A stretch of DNA of 64,000 bases, taken from NCBI GenBank assembly GCA_964573135.1, contig CAZNIO010000002.1:2535-66534 (forward strand). Direction: 5' to 3'. Positions 11,542 to 22,477 of the stretch are shown here, piece by piece (the stretch's first letter is position 1; the number at the start of each line of letters is the position of its first letter). The stretch comes from an uncultured Gammaproteobacteria bacterium. Its GTDB lineage: Bacteria > Patescibacteriota > Patescibacteriia > UBA2196 > GWA2-42-15. Made by a program: the position numbers and the translations under genes. Under the pieces are notes generated by a model that was not told where the DNA came from, did no database searches, and saw only the letters and a program-made list of their open reading frames with translations.

Positions 11542-12681
11542 TCATAGATTCCTCCTTTTTCTTGAAATTATTTTTAAGTACCCTTTTAATTTATTTAATT
11601 GCTCTGTCTGTTCAATAACCATGCATCGATCTACCACCTCTCCGTAAAAATCCAACAACTCCTGTCCGTGCAATCTCTTAATATTCCCGATAAAATCCAT
11701 ACCTGTTAATGCATCATTATAAATCGCAATCGGAATATCAAAATCAGCGACCTCAGGATATAAAGATTTTATCCCAGTCTTAAATTTTGACCCACTGCGA
11801 AATATCAATTTAAATAAGTCGCCATGATACTCAATATTTAAATAAGCCTCGGCAGTATAAACAAGAAAATCAGTTGATTCACTTCGGTCAGACAACTTAA
11901 AATGCTTGACACCTATTTGCTCATATTCTCTTATATCTTCCGGCCTAATAAAGGGGCTGGCAGGGAGTCGGATAGGGTCATTCAAATATTCCAATGAGCA
12001 CTTAGCAATATATGGATCAAATCTGGTTGTTATATGCTTATCTCCACTTTGCGACGCATAACCAAAAAACTTGTAATGAGCATCTCTCCATGGACAATGG
12101 CTCAGACATGGAATATTTGCATAGAGCACCACGGGGATATCAAGAGCACCAACAATTTGCTTGATCATTTTAAAATCCCTATTGATTGTAAAAGGACTCA
12201 AATGAATAACATCAACTCCCATGTCCTCATGTTTTTTAGCCTGCTCGACTGTATCCACGCCAGCAATTAACGAGAGATAAACTCCCAATCTTGGAAATTT
12301 CTCTTTAACTAACCCAATCAAAAAAGGATGGGTGATTGTCAAACAATCAACCCCAGCTTCTTCGTCAAGCCTGGCTATAAATTCAACCACTTCTTTCACC
12401 CATGATTTGTCGGCCTCCCTACCTCCAAAATCAGGGGCATTCATCGTATAGTTAAACCTAATGCCATACTTATGAGCATCTCTTACATGCTTAATCATTT
12501 GCTTCCACGAAACATCAGGTAACCGATAAGCTGGCCGGCCACTGCCGGTAATACCTGTTTTAAGGGATCCAAAAATCTCAGTAACCCTTCTGTCTTTCTG
12601 CTTATATTGCTGATTAAGTTTATGCAACCGAACCAGCAATTCATTATCATCCCACGATGTGGCAATTGCGAACTCAGTCAT
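11542..12681 (-). CDS. Peptidase U32-family protein (Fe-S hydroxylase-like)
   Basis: TGSGR, FNYTMNA, INRDF, NIPCLSHCPWR..H, C...PFIRPEDI, FKLSDR. Confidence 0.85.
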   Translation of the reverse strand: MTEFAIATSWDDNELLVRLHKLNQQYKQKDRRVTEIFGSLKTGITGSGRPAYRLPDVSWKQMIKHVRDAHKYGIRFNYTMNAPDFGGREADKSWVKEVVEFIARLDEEAGVDCLTITHPFLIGLVKEKFPRLGVYLSLIAGVDTVEQAKKHEDMGVDVIHLSPFTINRDFKMIKQIVGALDIPVVLYANIPCLSHCPWRDAHYKFFGYASQSGDKHITTRFDPYIAKCSLEYLNDPIRLPASPFIRPEDIREYEQIGVKHFKLSDRSESTDFLVYTAEAYLNIEYHGDLFKLIFRSGSKFKTGIKSLYPEVADFDIPIAIYNDALTGMDFIGNIKRLHGQELLDFYGEVVDRCMVIEQTEQLNKLKGYLKIISRKRRNL

Positions 12682-12762
12682 AATCGTCTCCCATTTATTG
12701 GTTTTTTAAAATTTCAGTTTATTAACCCATCTTAAGAAAAAACAAAAATATATTCAACCAGG

Positions 12763-12845
12763 CCGTCGTTTTTTAACAAATATTTGACTTTTTGCCTAGG
12801 ATAAGCTAAAATTTGAGTATTAAAAAACGACGGAAAAGCCGTCGT
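12763..12845. promoter_or_regulatory. Divergent promoter region with a 14-bp inverted repeat and a palindromic operator
   Basis: CCGTCGTTTTTTAA (12763) and TTAAAAAACGACGG (12820) flank TTGACT-17-TAAAAT; also ACGACGG-AAAAG-CCGTCGT palindrome. Confidence 0.65.
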
Positions 12846-12856
12846 AAATAGAGCAT

Positions 12857-13600
12857 ATGAAAACCAACAAAATATTAGAAAAGCTAGGTCTTAACAAAAA
12901 ACAAGCTTTAATATATAGTGCTGTCCTGGAAATTAGCCGTGGTAGCGGGCAAACCATTGCCGAAAAAGCTGAATTACCCAAATCCACCACCTATGACATC
13001 TTAAAATCCCTAACTCGTCGTGGCCTAATTAGTGTTTATCTAAAAGGGAAAAAACGCTATTTCACTGCCAATAATCCCAGTATCTTTAAAGACAAAATCA
13101 AAGAACAAAATGAAATTCTAACTAAATTTCTACCAATTCTTGAATCTCTTTATATTACAAGAGACCGTAAACCAGGGGTAAGATTCTATGAAGGCAAAAA
13201 GGGGATTGACATCGTTATTAAAGAAATATTAAAAGAAGCAAGGAATATGATATCATTCGGCTCTGTCGACGATATCTTTGCAAAACTCCCTGATTATTTC
13301 CCAAAATTTTCACAAGAGAGAGCTAAAAGAAAAATTCCTATCCGCATAATTCTAAGATCATCCTCTCTGGCTATTGAAAGGCAAAAATCCGGCCCCAAAG
13401 AATTACGCCAAGTAAAAATTATTAAAACTCAAATAACTTTTCACTCTCTTGTTTGGTTATGGAATAATAAAATTGCATTAATCACATTAAAAGAAAACTT
13501 ATCAGCGACTATAATTGAAAGCCACGAACTAACCAATTCACTCAAGGCATTATTTGAGATCGCCTGGAACTGCCATTGCCAAGACGCAAATGAAGTATAA
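12857..13600 (+). CDS. TrmB-family transcriptional regulator
   Basis: LEKLGL...IAEKAELPKSTTYDILKSL HTH; PGVRFYEGKKGI; WNNKIALI. Confidence 0.88.
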   Translation: MKTNKILEKLGLNKKQALIYSAVLEISRGSGQTIAEKAELPKSTTYDILKSLTRRGLISVYLKGKKRYFTANNPSIFKDKIKEQNEILTKFLPILESLYITRDRKPGVRFYEGKKGIDIVIKEILKEARNMISFGSVDDIFAKLPDYFPKFSQERAKRKIPIRIILRSSSLAIERQKSGPKELRQVKIIKTQITFHSLVWLWNNKIALITLKENLSATIIESHELTNSLKALFEIAWNCHCQDANEV

Positions 13601-13678
13601 AAATAACTTACCCAAAAAATACTTTACTAAACCCCATAAATTATATATCCTTAAAACATAACTAACTAACTTCAATAT

Positions 13679-14743
13679 ATGCCAACTACACTTTTTGGAT
13701 TTAATCTCACTCATTATGAACTCTGGGGTAATACTTTAGATGAATATCTCCTCACTTTAGCCGTATTTATCGGCTGTGTCATAATATTTAAAATTTTCCA
13801 AAGTATTATCATCCATCGTCTAAAAAAATTAGTTAAAAAAACCAAAACTGACATTGATGATACCCTACTCGAGATAGTACAAAGCCTGCGTCCCAAATTC
13901 TACTTCCTAATCTCCTTCTATATAGCCCTTAATTTCCTCATAGTCCACCACATTATACAAAAAACAATTGAAGTAATTCTCATCATCTGGATAATTTATC
14001 AAATTATTAAAGCAGTTCAAATCCTAATAGAATTCATTGCCCAAAAAAACACTGATGAAGAAAGCGAAGGCGAAACCAAAGCAGCTATAAATCTCATTAG
14101 TAAATTAGCCAGCATAGCTCTTTGGGCATTGGGGCTTTTGCTCGTCCTCTCCAACTTAGGCGTTAATATCACTTCGCTAATTGCTGGCCTAGGCATTGGT
14201 GGTATTGCTGTTGCTCTTGCACTTCAAAATATATTAAGTGACCTTTTCAGTTCATTTGCAATATATTTTGATAAACCATTTACCATCGGGGATTTTATCA
14301 TTGTTGGTGATAAAATGGGAGAAGTCGAAAAAATCGGTATTAAAACAACTCGCATTAAATCCATCCAAGGTGAAGAGTTAATAATTTCAAACCAAGAATT
14401 AACATCAGCTCAAATCCAAAACTTCAAAAAAATGGAAGAACGTCGCATCGTTCTTTCTCTGAGTGTTCTCTATGAAACACCAGGGGCAAAATTAGAAAAA
14501 ATTCCCAACCTCATACAAGAAACTATTCAAAGCGTCACTAAAACCCGTTTTGATCGCGCACATTTCAAGTCCTTTGGTGACTCAGCCCTCATATTTGAGG
14601 CTGTTTATTACGTTGAAAGCGGCGAATATCTAGATTACATGGATACCAACCAAGAAATCCATTTTAAGCTTAAAAACGCCCTTGATAAGGAAAAAATCGA
14701 GTTTGCCTACCCAACTCAAACCCTTTATCTCAATAAAAGCTAA
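13679..14743 (+). CDS. Small-conductance mechanosensitive channel (MscS family)
   Basis: LIAGLGIGGIAVALALQ, DKPFTIGDFI, IGIKTTRI, IEFAYPTQ. Confidence 0.92.
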   Translation: MPTTLFGFNLTHYELWGNTLDEYLLTLAVFIGCVIIFKIFQSIIIHRLKKLVKKTKTDIDDTLLEIVQSLRPKFYFLISFYIALNFLIVHHIIQKTIEVILIIWIIYQIIKAVQILIEFIAQKNTDEESEGETKAAINLISKLASIALWALGLLLVLSNLGVNITSLIAGLGIGGIAVALALQNILSDLFSSFAIYFDKPFTIGDFIIVGDKMGEVEKIGIKTTRIKSIQGEELIISNQELTSAQIQNFKKMEERRIVLSLSVLYETPGAKLEKIPNLIQETIQSVTKTRFDRAHFKSFGDSALIFEAVYYVESGEYLDYMDTNQEIHFKLKNALDKEKIEFAYPTQTLYLNKS

Positions 14744-14828
14744 AACCCTTGCTTTTCTTAAGGGTTTATGATAATATGAGATAAATAAATCCTCATGTAT
14801 TCAATATAAATTAACTAGTCAAAATACA

Positions 14829-15287
14829 ATGAAAAAATACGAAATCCTGTTCTTTGTGCCTGTTACCATGGAATCTGAAAAAATAGAGCAAACCAGAAAA
14901 CAAGTCGTCGAGGCTATTGCCAAACATGAAGGCAAGGTCACTACAGAAGAAGAATTTGGCAAAAAAAAGCTTGCCTATACCGTCAAGCACACAAGGCATG
15001 GTCATTTTATTTTAGTAATCTTTGAATCAGATAAAGATAAAATAGATTTAATTAAACGAGAGCTTAATCTTATCACAGAAATTGTCCGCTACCGCTTAGT
15101 GATTAAAGAAAAAATAGACCACATACCAAGACCAGTCATCAAACAAGAAAAAGAGGAGACACCACAGGCCCCAAAACAAGAAGTAGAAATCAAAAAAGAA
15201 AAAATTGAAACAGATGAAAAAGTCGATCTCAAAGAACTTGATCTAAAAATCGACGAGTTACTTTCCGAAGACGAAGAAAACCTCTAG
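14829..15287 (+). CDS. rpsF: 30S ribosomal protein S6 with an acidic C-terminal extension
   Basis: KYEILF, FGKKKLAY motif; rpsF-ssb-rpsR synteny. Confidence 0.92.
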   Translation: MKKYEILFFVPVTMESEKIEQTRKQVVEAIAKHEGKVTTEEEFGKKKLAYTVKHTRHGHFILVIFESDKDKIDLIKRELNLITEIVRYRLVIKEKIDHIPRPVIKQEKEETPQAPKQEVEIKKEKIETDEKVDLKELDLKIDELLSEDEENL

Positions 15288-15295
15288 TTTAATAA

Positions 15296-15775
<480 letters not shown>

Positions 15776-15798
15776 AATAATTTAAAATATCTTGAACT

Positions 15799-16020
15799 AT
15801 GAACAAAAATAATCCAGTAGAAAAACATTGCCATTTCTGTGCCAATCAAATAAATAACATTGATTGGAAGGATATTCCTGCTCTTCAACGCTTTATGTCA
15901 CACTACTGCCGTATCGTACCCAGAAGAAGAACTGGTCTATGTGCCAAGCACCAAAGAAAAATATCAAAACTTATCAAAAGAGCCAGGGAAATGGGCCTCA
16001 TGCCTTTTGTTAGAAAATAG
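15799..16020 (+). CDS. rpsR: 30S ribosomal protein S18
   Basis: CHFC, IDWKD, PRRRTGLCAKHQR, AREMGLMPF. Confidence 0.95.
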   Translation: MNKNNPVEKHCHFCANQINNIDWKDIPALQRFMSHYCRIVPRRRTGLCAKHQRKISKLIKRAREMGLMPFVRK

Positions 16021-16022
16021 TT

Positions 16023-16586
16023 ATGCTATCAATCAATGACCTTAAGGTAGGTACTACGTTTAAATACCAAGGCCAACCATACCAAATCGTCAAAGCCAGT
16101 CATCTCAAAATGGGCAGGGGAGCCGCAGTTCTTCAAGCTAAATTCAAAAACCTGCTTAATGGCAATACTCTAGAAAAAAACTTCAAACAATCAGACAAAT
16201 TAGAGGAAGCTGAAGTCGAAAAACGAAGTGCAGATTATTTATATCGCGAAAAAGATGAGTGCTATTTCATGGACGAAAATTATGAACAATTCTTTGTTAA
16301 CGCAGACGTTATTCAAGATAAATTAAAATTTATCAAAGACTCATCACCAGTCAACGTACTCTTCTTTGAAGATCGAGCCGTTGGCATAGAGCTTCCCCCA
16401 AAAGTTGACTTAAAAGTAACTGAAGCCCCTCCAGCAGTAAGAGGCGATACCGCGCAAGGCTCTGTCACAAAACTTATTAAACTTGAAACAGGTCACGAAC
16501 TTCAAGCCCCCATATTTATAAAACAAGAGGATATCGTCAGAGTCAGTACAGAAAGTGGGGAATACGTTGAAAGAGTTAATAAATAA
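16023..16586 (+). CDS. efp: Elongation factor P
   Basis: HLKMGRGAA loop, PPAVRGDTA, LETG, GEYVER. Confidence 0.95.
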   Translation: MLSINDLKVGTTFKYQGQPYQIVKASHLKMGRGAAVLQAKFKNLLNGNTLEKNFKQSDKLEEAEVEKRSADYLYREKDECYFMDENYEQFFVNADVIQDKLKFIKDSSPVNVLFFEDRAVGIELPPKVDLKVTEAPPAVRGDTAQGSVTKLIKLETGHELQAPIFIKQEDIVRVSTESGEYVERVNK

Positions 16587-16591
16587 AATCT

Positions 16592-16635
16592 TAATTAAAA
16601 AGACCTGGGAATTAAATCCCAGGTCTTTTTAATTA
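16592..16635. terminator. Bidirectional terminator between efp and recA
   Basis: TAATTAAAAAGACCTGGGA / TCCCAGGTCTTTTTAATTA. Confidence 0.8.
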
Positions 16636-16650
16636 CATAATAATATTCTA

Positions 16651-17670
16651 TCATTCCTTCTCTTTGAGCACCTTCCATATCTTGCCGCCAATCTCTTTCA
16701 TAATCTTTCTATTCTCTCTTAAAAATTGTTTGGCATTCTCTCGGCCAACTCCAAGTTTTACCTCCCCATAGCTATATGAATGACCGGCTTTTTTAATCAC
16801 CTCACTCTCAACACCTCGGTCTAATATATCCCCTGGTAACGAGATGCCTTCATTATACATGATATCAAACTCGCAAGTTTTAAAAGGAGGCGCTACCTTA
16901 TTCTTCACAATTTTAGCCTTTACTCTATTACCAATAATCTTGTCTCCCATCTTAATTTGTGCTGACCGACGGAGCTCAATTCTCACCGATGAATAAAACT
17001 TCAAGGCCATACCACCCGTAGTGGTTTCCGGATTACCAAAAACTACACCTATTTTTAATCTAGTTTGATTTAAAAATATTACTGTTGTACCCGTCTTGCT
17101 AACAACCGCAGTCAATTTACGCAGAGCCTGGCTCATCAAGCGTGCTTGCAACCCCATATGTGACTGGCCCATCTCCCCTTCAATCTCTGCCCTAGGCGTC
17201 AAAGCCGCCACTGAATCAATTACAACCAAATCTACCCCGCCAGAACGCACCAATGTCTCCACAATTTCAAGAGCCTGCTCTCCATTATCTGGCTGTGATA
17301 TTAAAAGTTCATCTACTTTAACCCCAATTTTTTTAGCATAATCAGGATCAAGAGCATGCTCCGCATCCACAAACGCTGCCACTCCACCCAGTCTCTGTAC
17401 AGTAGCCACTGCATGCTGAGATAAGGTAGTCTTACCAGAGGCCTCAGCCCCATAAATCTCCACCACTCTACCCTTTGGTAATCCTCCAACACCAAGAGCC
17501 AAATCTATAGACAAACAACCAGTGGGTATACAAGGCACCTGTTGTTTCTTTATCTCACCAAATTTCATAATGGCCCCCTCTCCAAACCGTTGCTTTATTT
17601 CATCTATCGCCGTCTCAGCAGCCTGTATTTTCTTATCATCCCCCTTGCCCCCCTCTACTTTCTTAGGCAT
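16651..17670 (-). CDS. recA: Recombinase RecA
   Basis: [42 protein letters not shown]. Confidence 0.98.
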   Translation of the reverse strand: MPKKVEGGKGDDKKIQAAETAIDEIKQRFGEGAIMKFGEIKKQQVPCIPTGCLSIDLALGVGGLPKGRVVEIYGAEASGKTTLSQHAVATVQRLGGVAAFVDAEHALDPDYAKKIGVKVDELLISQPDNGEQALEIVETLVRSGGVDLVVIDSVAALTPRAEIEGEMGQSHMGLQARLMSQALRKLTAVVSKTGTTVIFLNQTRLKIGVVFGNPETTTGGMALKFYSSVRIELRRSAQIKMGDKIIGNRVKAKIVKNKVAPPFKTCEFDIMYNEGISLPGDILDRGVESEVIKKAGHSYSYGEVKLGVGRENAKQFLRENRKIMKEIGGKIWKVLKEKE

Positions 17671-17702
17671 ATATTTCTTATATTTAATTTACTAATAATA
17701 AC

Positions 17703-18350
17703 TTATTTTCTTAAATATTCAATTGCTTTCCTTATCTTACCAGAAAAATCCTTATCCATCAAAAAAACTTTCATCTTGTGCTTAACAACCTCTTTTTTAA
17801 TAATTTTTGAATAATCACATGCCATTTTGGCAATCTTTTCTAAAGTTTCCTCCTTTTTTGTCCTGCCCAATATCCAATCATTATGTGTACGACTTTTCTT
17901 AATACCTTTCAAAAATTCCTTTTGATTATTCTTAACTAAAAAAACTGCTCGTATATTGTCCTTACCATACCTGTGCATTAGCTTAGCCGCTAGTCTGGGC
18001 TCTATATGATACCCTTCAATAATATGGTCATTACCATCCGTCATTTCACCTAGAACCATCATATCAATAGCTGTATAAACAGCCTTTGCCTGGCGCCTAT
18101 AGGCGTCTATTATACGCTCTATACTATACTCCTTATACTTTAAATCATTATTCCTCTTAGTCTTAATTGTCATCTTGCTTGCAGGAAACTTCTTCAATCT
18201 CTCCTCTTTGTCCATATATGCCCAAACAATAGACTGCAATGTATCAACAGCAATCCATGGTACTTTAATTTTACGAGATAACTCCCGTGCCAAAGTTGTT
18301 TTACCGCACTTTGGCGGCCCGCCAATTAAATAAATCATATTATTCAACAA
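17703..18350 (-). CDS. P-loop kinase (2-phosphoglycerate kinase-like)
   Basis: LIGGPPKCGKTT Walker A; IIEGYHIEP. Confidence 0.7.
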   Translation of the reverse strand: MLNNMIYLIGGPPKCGKTTLARELSRKIKVPWIAVDTLQSIVWAYMDKEERLKKFPASKMTIKTKRNNDLKYKEYSIERIIDAYRRQAKAVYTAIDMMVLGEMTDGNDHIIEGYHIEPRLAAKLMHRYGKDNIRAVFLVKNNQKEFLKGIKKSRTHNDWILGRTKKEETLEKIAKMACDYSKIIKKEVVKHKMKVFLMDKDFSGKIRKAIEYLRK

Positions 18351-19005
18351 TTATTCGCCGATAAATCACTTTTGACTTACCATATCTTTTCCTGGCTTCT
18401 AGCTTAATTACATTTAAACCCGGATTCAAATCTATGTCAACCAAAAAATATCCATCTTCCCCTAATGCTATTTCATCATCATTTAAGCGCACCAAAGACT
18501 CATCTCCAACATACCCCAAAATTTTGATAAAAGATAGAGTTGTTACAAAGTTCTCCTCTGGATAAACCACCAAAAAACGGGGTGGTGAGACTAAAGACCA
18601 AATTTGTTGACCCAGATAACCAACAATTAAAAAAACAACAATTCCTATTAAAACATTTCTAATAATTCTGGGTAAAACCACAAATCTTTTTCTCCCTACC
18701 CCAAATTTTTCAGCTCCTACATTTTTACTTACCCTATTAAGCCTTAATTCTTTTTCATACTTATCCTTTATTTTTACAAAACTAATCCCTAAAAATTCAG
18801 CATATTTTTTTAAAAAATTCTTCCTATAAATCTCACCTGGAATTTCTTCCCACTCATTATTCTCTAATGCATTTAAATAATGCTGGCTAATTCCCAATTT
18901 TTTCTCAATTGCCCATAAAGACAAATTAAGCGCTTTACGCGCTTTTTGTAAATCTTCACCAAGAGAATCTGTGGTGATTATTCTTTTTTGTCGAAAAACA
19001 ACCAT
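18340..19005 (-). CDS. RodZ-like HTH membrane protein
   Basis: LGEDLQKAR...YLNALENNEW..IPGEIY..NFLKKYAEFLG, a TM helix and a C-terminal Ig-like domain; follows ftsK. Confidence 0.8.
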   Translation of the reverse strand: MVVFRQKRIITTDSLGEDLQKARKALNLSLWAIEKKLGISQHYLNALENNEWEEIPGEIYRKNFLKKYAEFLGISFVKIKDKYEKELRLNRVSKNVGAEKFGVGRKRFVVLPRIIRNVLIGIVVFLIVGYLGQQIWSLVSPPRFLVVYPEENFVTTLSFIKILGYVGDESLVRLNDDEIALGEDGYFLVDIDLNPGLNVIKLEARKRYGKSKVIYRRIIVE

Positions 19006-19013
19006 AAAAAATA

Positions 19014-21263
19014 TTATCTTTCTTCTTCCTCATCAAGCTCTTCTTCTTCTGCTACTTCTTCCTCTTGAGTCTCTTCTTCTATTTTGTCTTCTGCATATTC
19101 ATCTATAATCTCATTATCACCAATTTCTTCGGAGCTAGCAACTAAAATCTCTCTCGGTTTAGATCCTTCTTGAGGACCAATTGCCCCCTCCTCTTCCAAT
19201 AAATCCAAAATTCTTGCAGCGCGTGCATAACCAATTCTTAATCTTCTCTGTAAATATGAAGCCGAAGCCTTGCCTGCTTTAATAACTAAATCTCTGGCTT
19301 CATCTAAAAACTCATCCGAATCTTCATCCTCAAAACCAGAAGATACTCTAACTCCAGTAGCACCACCAGTAGCTCTTTCAACTACTGCCTCATCATAATC
19401 AGATTCAGCTGATTTACGTAAATAACCCACCACATTCTCAATATCTTCATCACTCGCATATGCTCCCTGCAAACGCTTTGGTTTTGAAATTTCTGCTGAA
19501 GTGAAAAGCATGTCTCCTCTACCAAGCAACTTCTCAGCTCCAGACACATCAAGTATTGTACGTGAATCCGTCAAAGACGCCACCGAAAACGCAATCCTAC
19601 CAGGTATATTTGCTTTTATAAGACCAGTGATAATATCAACTGATGGTCGCTGAGTAGCCAAAACTAAGTGGATTCCTACAGCTCGAGACATTTGTGCCAA
19701 ACGTATAATCGCTGCCTCTACTTCAGCAGAGGCCACTGACATCAAATCTGCCAACTCATCGATCATAAATACCAAATAAGGCATCTTCTCCCTTGGATGA
19801 GCTGTGTTATAACTTTGAATATTTCTCTTACCAGCATTTGATAAAACATGAAAACGCCTCTCCATCTCAGAGATTGTCCATTTTAATGCATTAATTGTTT
19901 TTTTAATGTCCACAATCACCGGTGTCATCAAATGAGGAATATCATTATACCCAATCATTTCTACTCTCTTGGGATCAACCAAAATCATCTTTAATTCATC
20001 GGGCTGATTTTGATAAAGCAAAGATACAATAATGGAATTTAAACACACCGTTTTACCAGAATTAGTCGCACCCGCTACCAATAGATGAGGTAACCTACTC
20101 AAATCGGTAATCCACGGCTTACCAGCCACATCTTGCCCCAAAACAATAGTTAAATTAGATTTTCTTGTTTTAAATTCTTTCGATTCCAAAACCTGTCGCA
20201 AAGGCACCACTGCAATTTTCTTATTAGGCACCTCAATACCTACCAGCGCCTTACCAGGAATTGGCGCCTCAATACGAATCGGATGTGCTGCCAAAGCTAA
20301 AGATAAATCATTACCCAAACCCACTATACGCGATAATTTAACACCATCCATGGGACGAAAAGTATATTGAGTGACGGTTGGGCCAATAGATATCTCTCCC
20401 ATCTCAACCTCAATCCCAAAATTATTAAGTGTTTTTTTAATAATCTCTTGGCACAAGGTAGTATCTCTGGCTGTCGGCTCACCTGCTTTCGCATTTAAAA
20501 GATCAAGCGGAATATCAATCCGTGGATATTTCTTTCTTCTTTTTTTGGGGCGATCCTCATCCCCCTCTTCTTCATCTTCTTCCTCCTCTTCCTCCTCTTC
20601 TTCCTCATCACTATCAGCCAATTCTCTTCGGTCAAATTCAACTTCACCCTCTTCTTCCTCCTCATCCTCTTCTTCAGAATCTTCTCCTTTCCCCCTTACT
20701 CTCTTATTCACAAAATCTCCCATGCCTTGCCTTAAATTTTTTAAGGTAGCTCTTTCAATTAAGGATTCAAGCGTAGTATTAAACATAAGTAACACACCAA
20801 TCACCAAAAAGGCAAACATTACTACCATCGAAGCCCAACGACCCATCATCGCAAAAAATGGATAGCTTATAGCAAAACCAACATAACCCCCACCCATGCC
20901 ATCTTTTAAAATTTCCTTATACGATTCAGGATCCTGTACCAAATGAAAAAATCCAGAATAACCCAAAATTAAAAGCATCACTCCAATCCAATTAATCATT
21001 CTAAAAGAATGTTTGGTATTTTTTAAATTCAAATATCCAGCAGCTAAGAGCACCAAAGGAAATATCCAAAAACCCCAACCAAATACCAATTCCAAAACCC
21101 TATACATCCATCTACCAAATCCACCCGCCAAATCAAAAATAGACAGTAAGCTTATAAGAGCTACTGCGAAGATTATAACAATAAAAATACCTTTTTTAGT
21201 TGAATTCTCTACTTCCAAAAAATCACCAGAAAACCCAAATTTTCTCTTTTTCCTTCTTCCCAT
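19014..21263 (-). CDS. ftsK: DNA translocase FtsK/SpoIIIE
   Basis: N-terminal TMs, acidic linker, PHLLVAGATNSGKT, LATQRPSVD, LQRRLRIGYARAAR gamma domain. Confidence 0.96.
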   Translation of the reverse strand: MGRRKKRKFGFSGDFLEVENSTKKGIFIVIIFAVALISLLSIFDLAGGFGRWMYRVLELVFGWGFWIFPLVLLAAGYLNLKNTKHSFRMINWIGVMLLILGYSGFFHLVQDPESYKEILKDGMGGGYVGFAISYPFFAMMGRWASMVVMFAFLVIGVLLMFNTTLESLIERATLKNLRQGMGDFVNKRVRGKGEDSEEEDEEEEEGEVEFDRRELADSDEEEEEEEEEEDEEEGDEDRPKKRRKKYPRIDIPLDLLNAKAGEPTARDTTLCQEIIKKTLNNFGIEVEMGEISIGPTVTQYTFRPMDGVKLSRIVGLGNDLSLALAAHPIRIEAPIPGKALVGIEVPNKKIAVVPLRQVLESKEFKTRKSNLTIVLGQDVAGKPWITDLSRLPHLLVAGATNSGKTVCLNSIIVSLLYQNQPDELKMILVDPKRVEMIGYNDIPHLMTPVIVDIKKTINALKWTISEMERRFHVLSNAGKRNIQSYNTAHPREKMPYLVFMIDELADLMSVASAEVEAAIIRLAQMSRAVGIHLVLATQRPSVDIITGLIKANIPGRIAFSVASLTDSRTILDVSGAEKLLGRGDMLFTSAEISKPKRLQGAYASDEDIENVVGYLRKSAESDYDEAVVERATGGATGVRVSSGFEDEDSDEFLDEARDLVIKAGKASASYLQRRLRIGYARAARILDLLEEEGAIGPQEGSKPREILVASSEEIGDNEIIDEYAEDKIEEETQEEEVAEEEELDEEEER

Positions 21264-21466
21264 AATATTAGTGAAAAAATTAAGTATAACTGTATTTTAT
21301 CATCTTATCCCTATAGCTACAATAGCTACAACATATCCAGTAGGTTATCTAGGCTAGCGAAGTGATTACTACTAACTTTAGTATAAATTTGTATAGTTTC
21401 TAAACCTAATAATTACTAAATATATCCAATATCCTAGTTTACAGTCCGCGATAAATTTTTATTGAT

Positions 21467-21496
21467 TTGCATATTCTAGGAATCTTCAGTTATAAT
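21467..21496 (+). promoter_or_regulatory. Candidate promoter driving the cassette array (Pc-like)
   Basis: TTGCAT-18-TATAAT about 90 bp upstream of the first GTT core (21584). Confidence 0.45.
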
Positions 21497-21584
21497 AAAG
21501 ACAAGAATTAAAAATAATAACATAAAGTATAGATAACATACAAATTACAAGCATTATCAATCAAAAAGTTTAGATATACGCTAG

Positions 21585-21835
21585 TTGTCAAAAATATCGT
21601 TCGCTCCACTCCGCTACCGCTACGTTACACTCCTCAATTTTTGACAATGCCGACGAATAGGCTTGGGCCTTCTAAGAGCTCACGATTCTTCTGACAACAA
21701 CGGATAAGCGGCTCGCAACGACCCTACTGGCTTCCCTGCTCGGCCCAAACCTAACTCAGTCCTTTCCTTAGTCTGAAAGCCTTCGGCTTTCACCCTGCGG
21801 AAAGTCCTTCGTTAGGCTTCGCCTATCCGTCGGCA
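21585..21835 (+). repeat. ORF-less cassette, copy 1 (about 250 bp)
   Basis: Near-identical to 22472-22711. Confidence 0.9.
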
Positions 21836-21841
21836 TTATTC
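21692..21841 (+). other. attC-like site 1
   Basis: TGACAAC, CGGATAAGCG, long internal hairpin (CCTAAC/GTTAGG, TGAAAGC/GCTTTCA), CGCCTATCCG, ATTATTC. Confidence 0.7.
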
Positions 21842-21883
21842 GAAATATATTTTTATTTTTACTTACCATTTAACTAAAATTTT

Positions 21884-22321
21884 ATGTCAGATCAACTTCC
21901 AGACGAAAATTCAAAACGTTTTATTGCTGTTCTCAACAAGAAAGTTGAAACAGGCAAACTTATGAACGCACTTGGGCACATTACGGCTGGTCTTGCGGGT
22001 GGCTCTAATAAAACCGACGAAATGTGCTTTTTACAATATCAGGATAAAGAGGGCGGTAGTCATCCAAATATTTCTCACTTTCCGTTTATTGTACTCAAAG
22101 TTGACAACTCTAATAAAATTCGCAAAGTTCGCAACGAAGCCATCGACCGAAACATACCTTTCTCTGATTTCACGAGTACTATGACTGTTGGCACTTCTCA
22201 AGAACAACAGGACGCCACCCGCAAGACCTCCGAGGAAGAATTAGAATATTACGCTATTGTCTTGTTTGGTGGAACTGAAGAGCTGAAAGAATTCACAGGC
22301 AAGTTCTCTTTATACCAGTAA
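21884..22321 (+). CDS. DUF2000-like (peptidyl-tRNA hydrolase 2-fold) cassette protein
   Basis: AVLNKK..GKLMNALGH, YQDKEG..HPNIS.FPFIVLK, FTGKFSL. Confidence 0.75.
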   Translation: MSDQLPDENSKRFIAVLNKKVETGKLMNALGHITAGLAGGSNKTDEMCFLQYQDKEGGSHPNISHFPFIVLKVDNSNKIRKVRNEAIDRNIPFSDFTSTMTVGTSQEQQDATRKTSEEELEYYAIVLFGGTEELKEFTGKFSLYQ

Positions 22322-22375
22322 AAATAAAAATAAACTCAAACCCCGCTGCGCTCTCCTCCTTGCAGTCGTCGGGTC

Positions 22376-22477
22376 GCACAACACCGTATATCTGGAAAAT
22401 GGCCTCAGCTCGGCATTTTCTCGAATTTACAACTCATTGCATTCATTGTAAACTCCAGATATCCCGATACATTGTCA
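22376..22477 (+). other. attC-like site 2
   Basis: GCACAAC, ATATCTGGA...TCCAGATAT, ATTGTCA. Confidence 0.7.

Noticed and set aside
20371-20865. Ser-rich and Pro/Leu-rich ORFs
   Set aside because: Antisense shadows of the Glu/Asp-rich FtsK linker.
21300-21445. Weak 9-bp periodicity (TAGCTACAA x2) upstream of ftsK; possible integrase remnant
   Set aside because: Only two exact copies, and no tyrosine recombinase motifs were seen.
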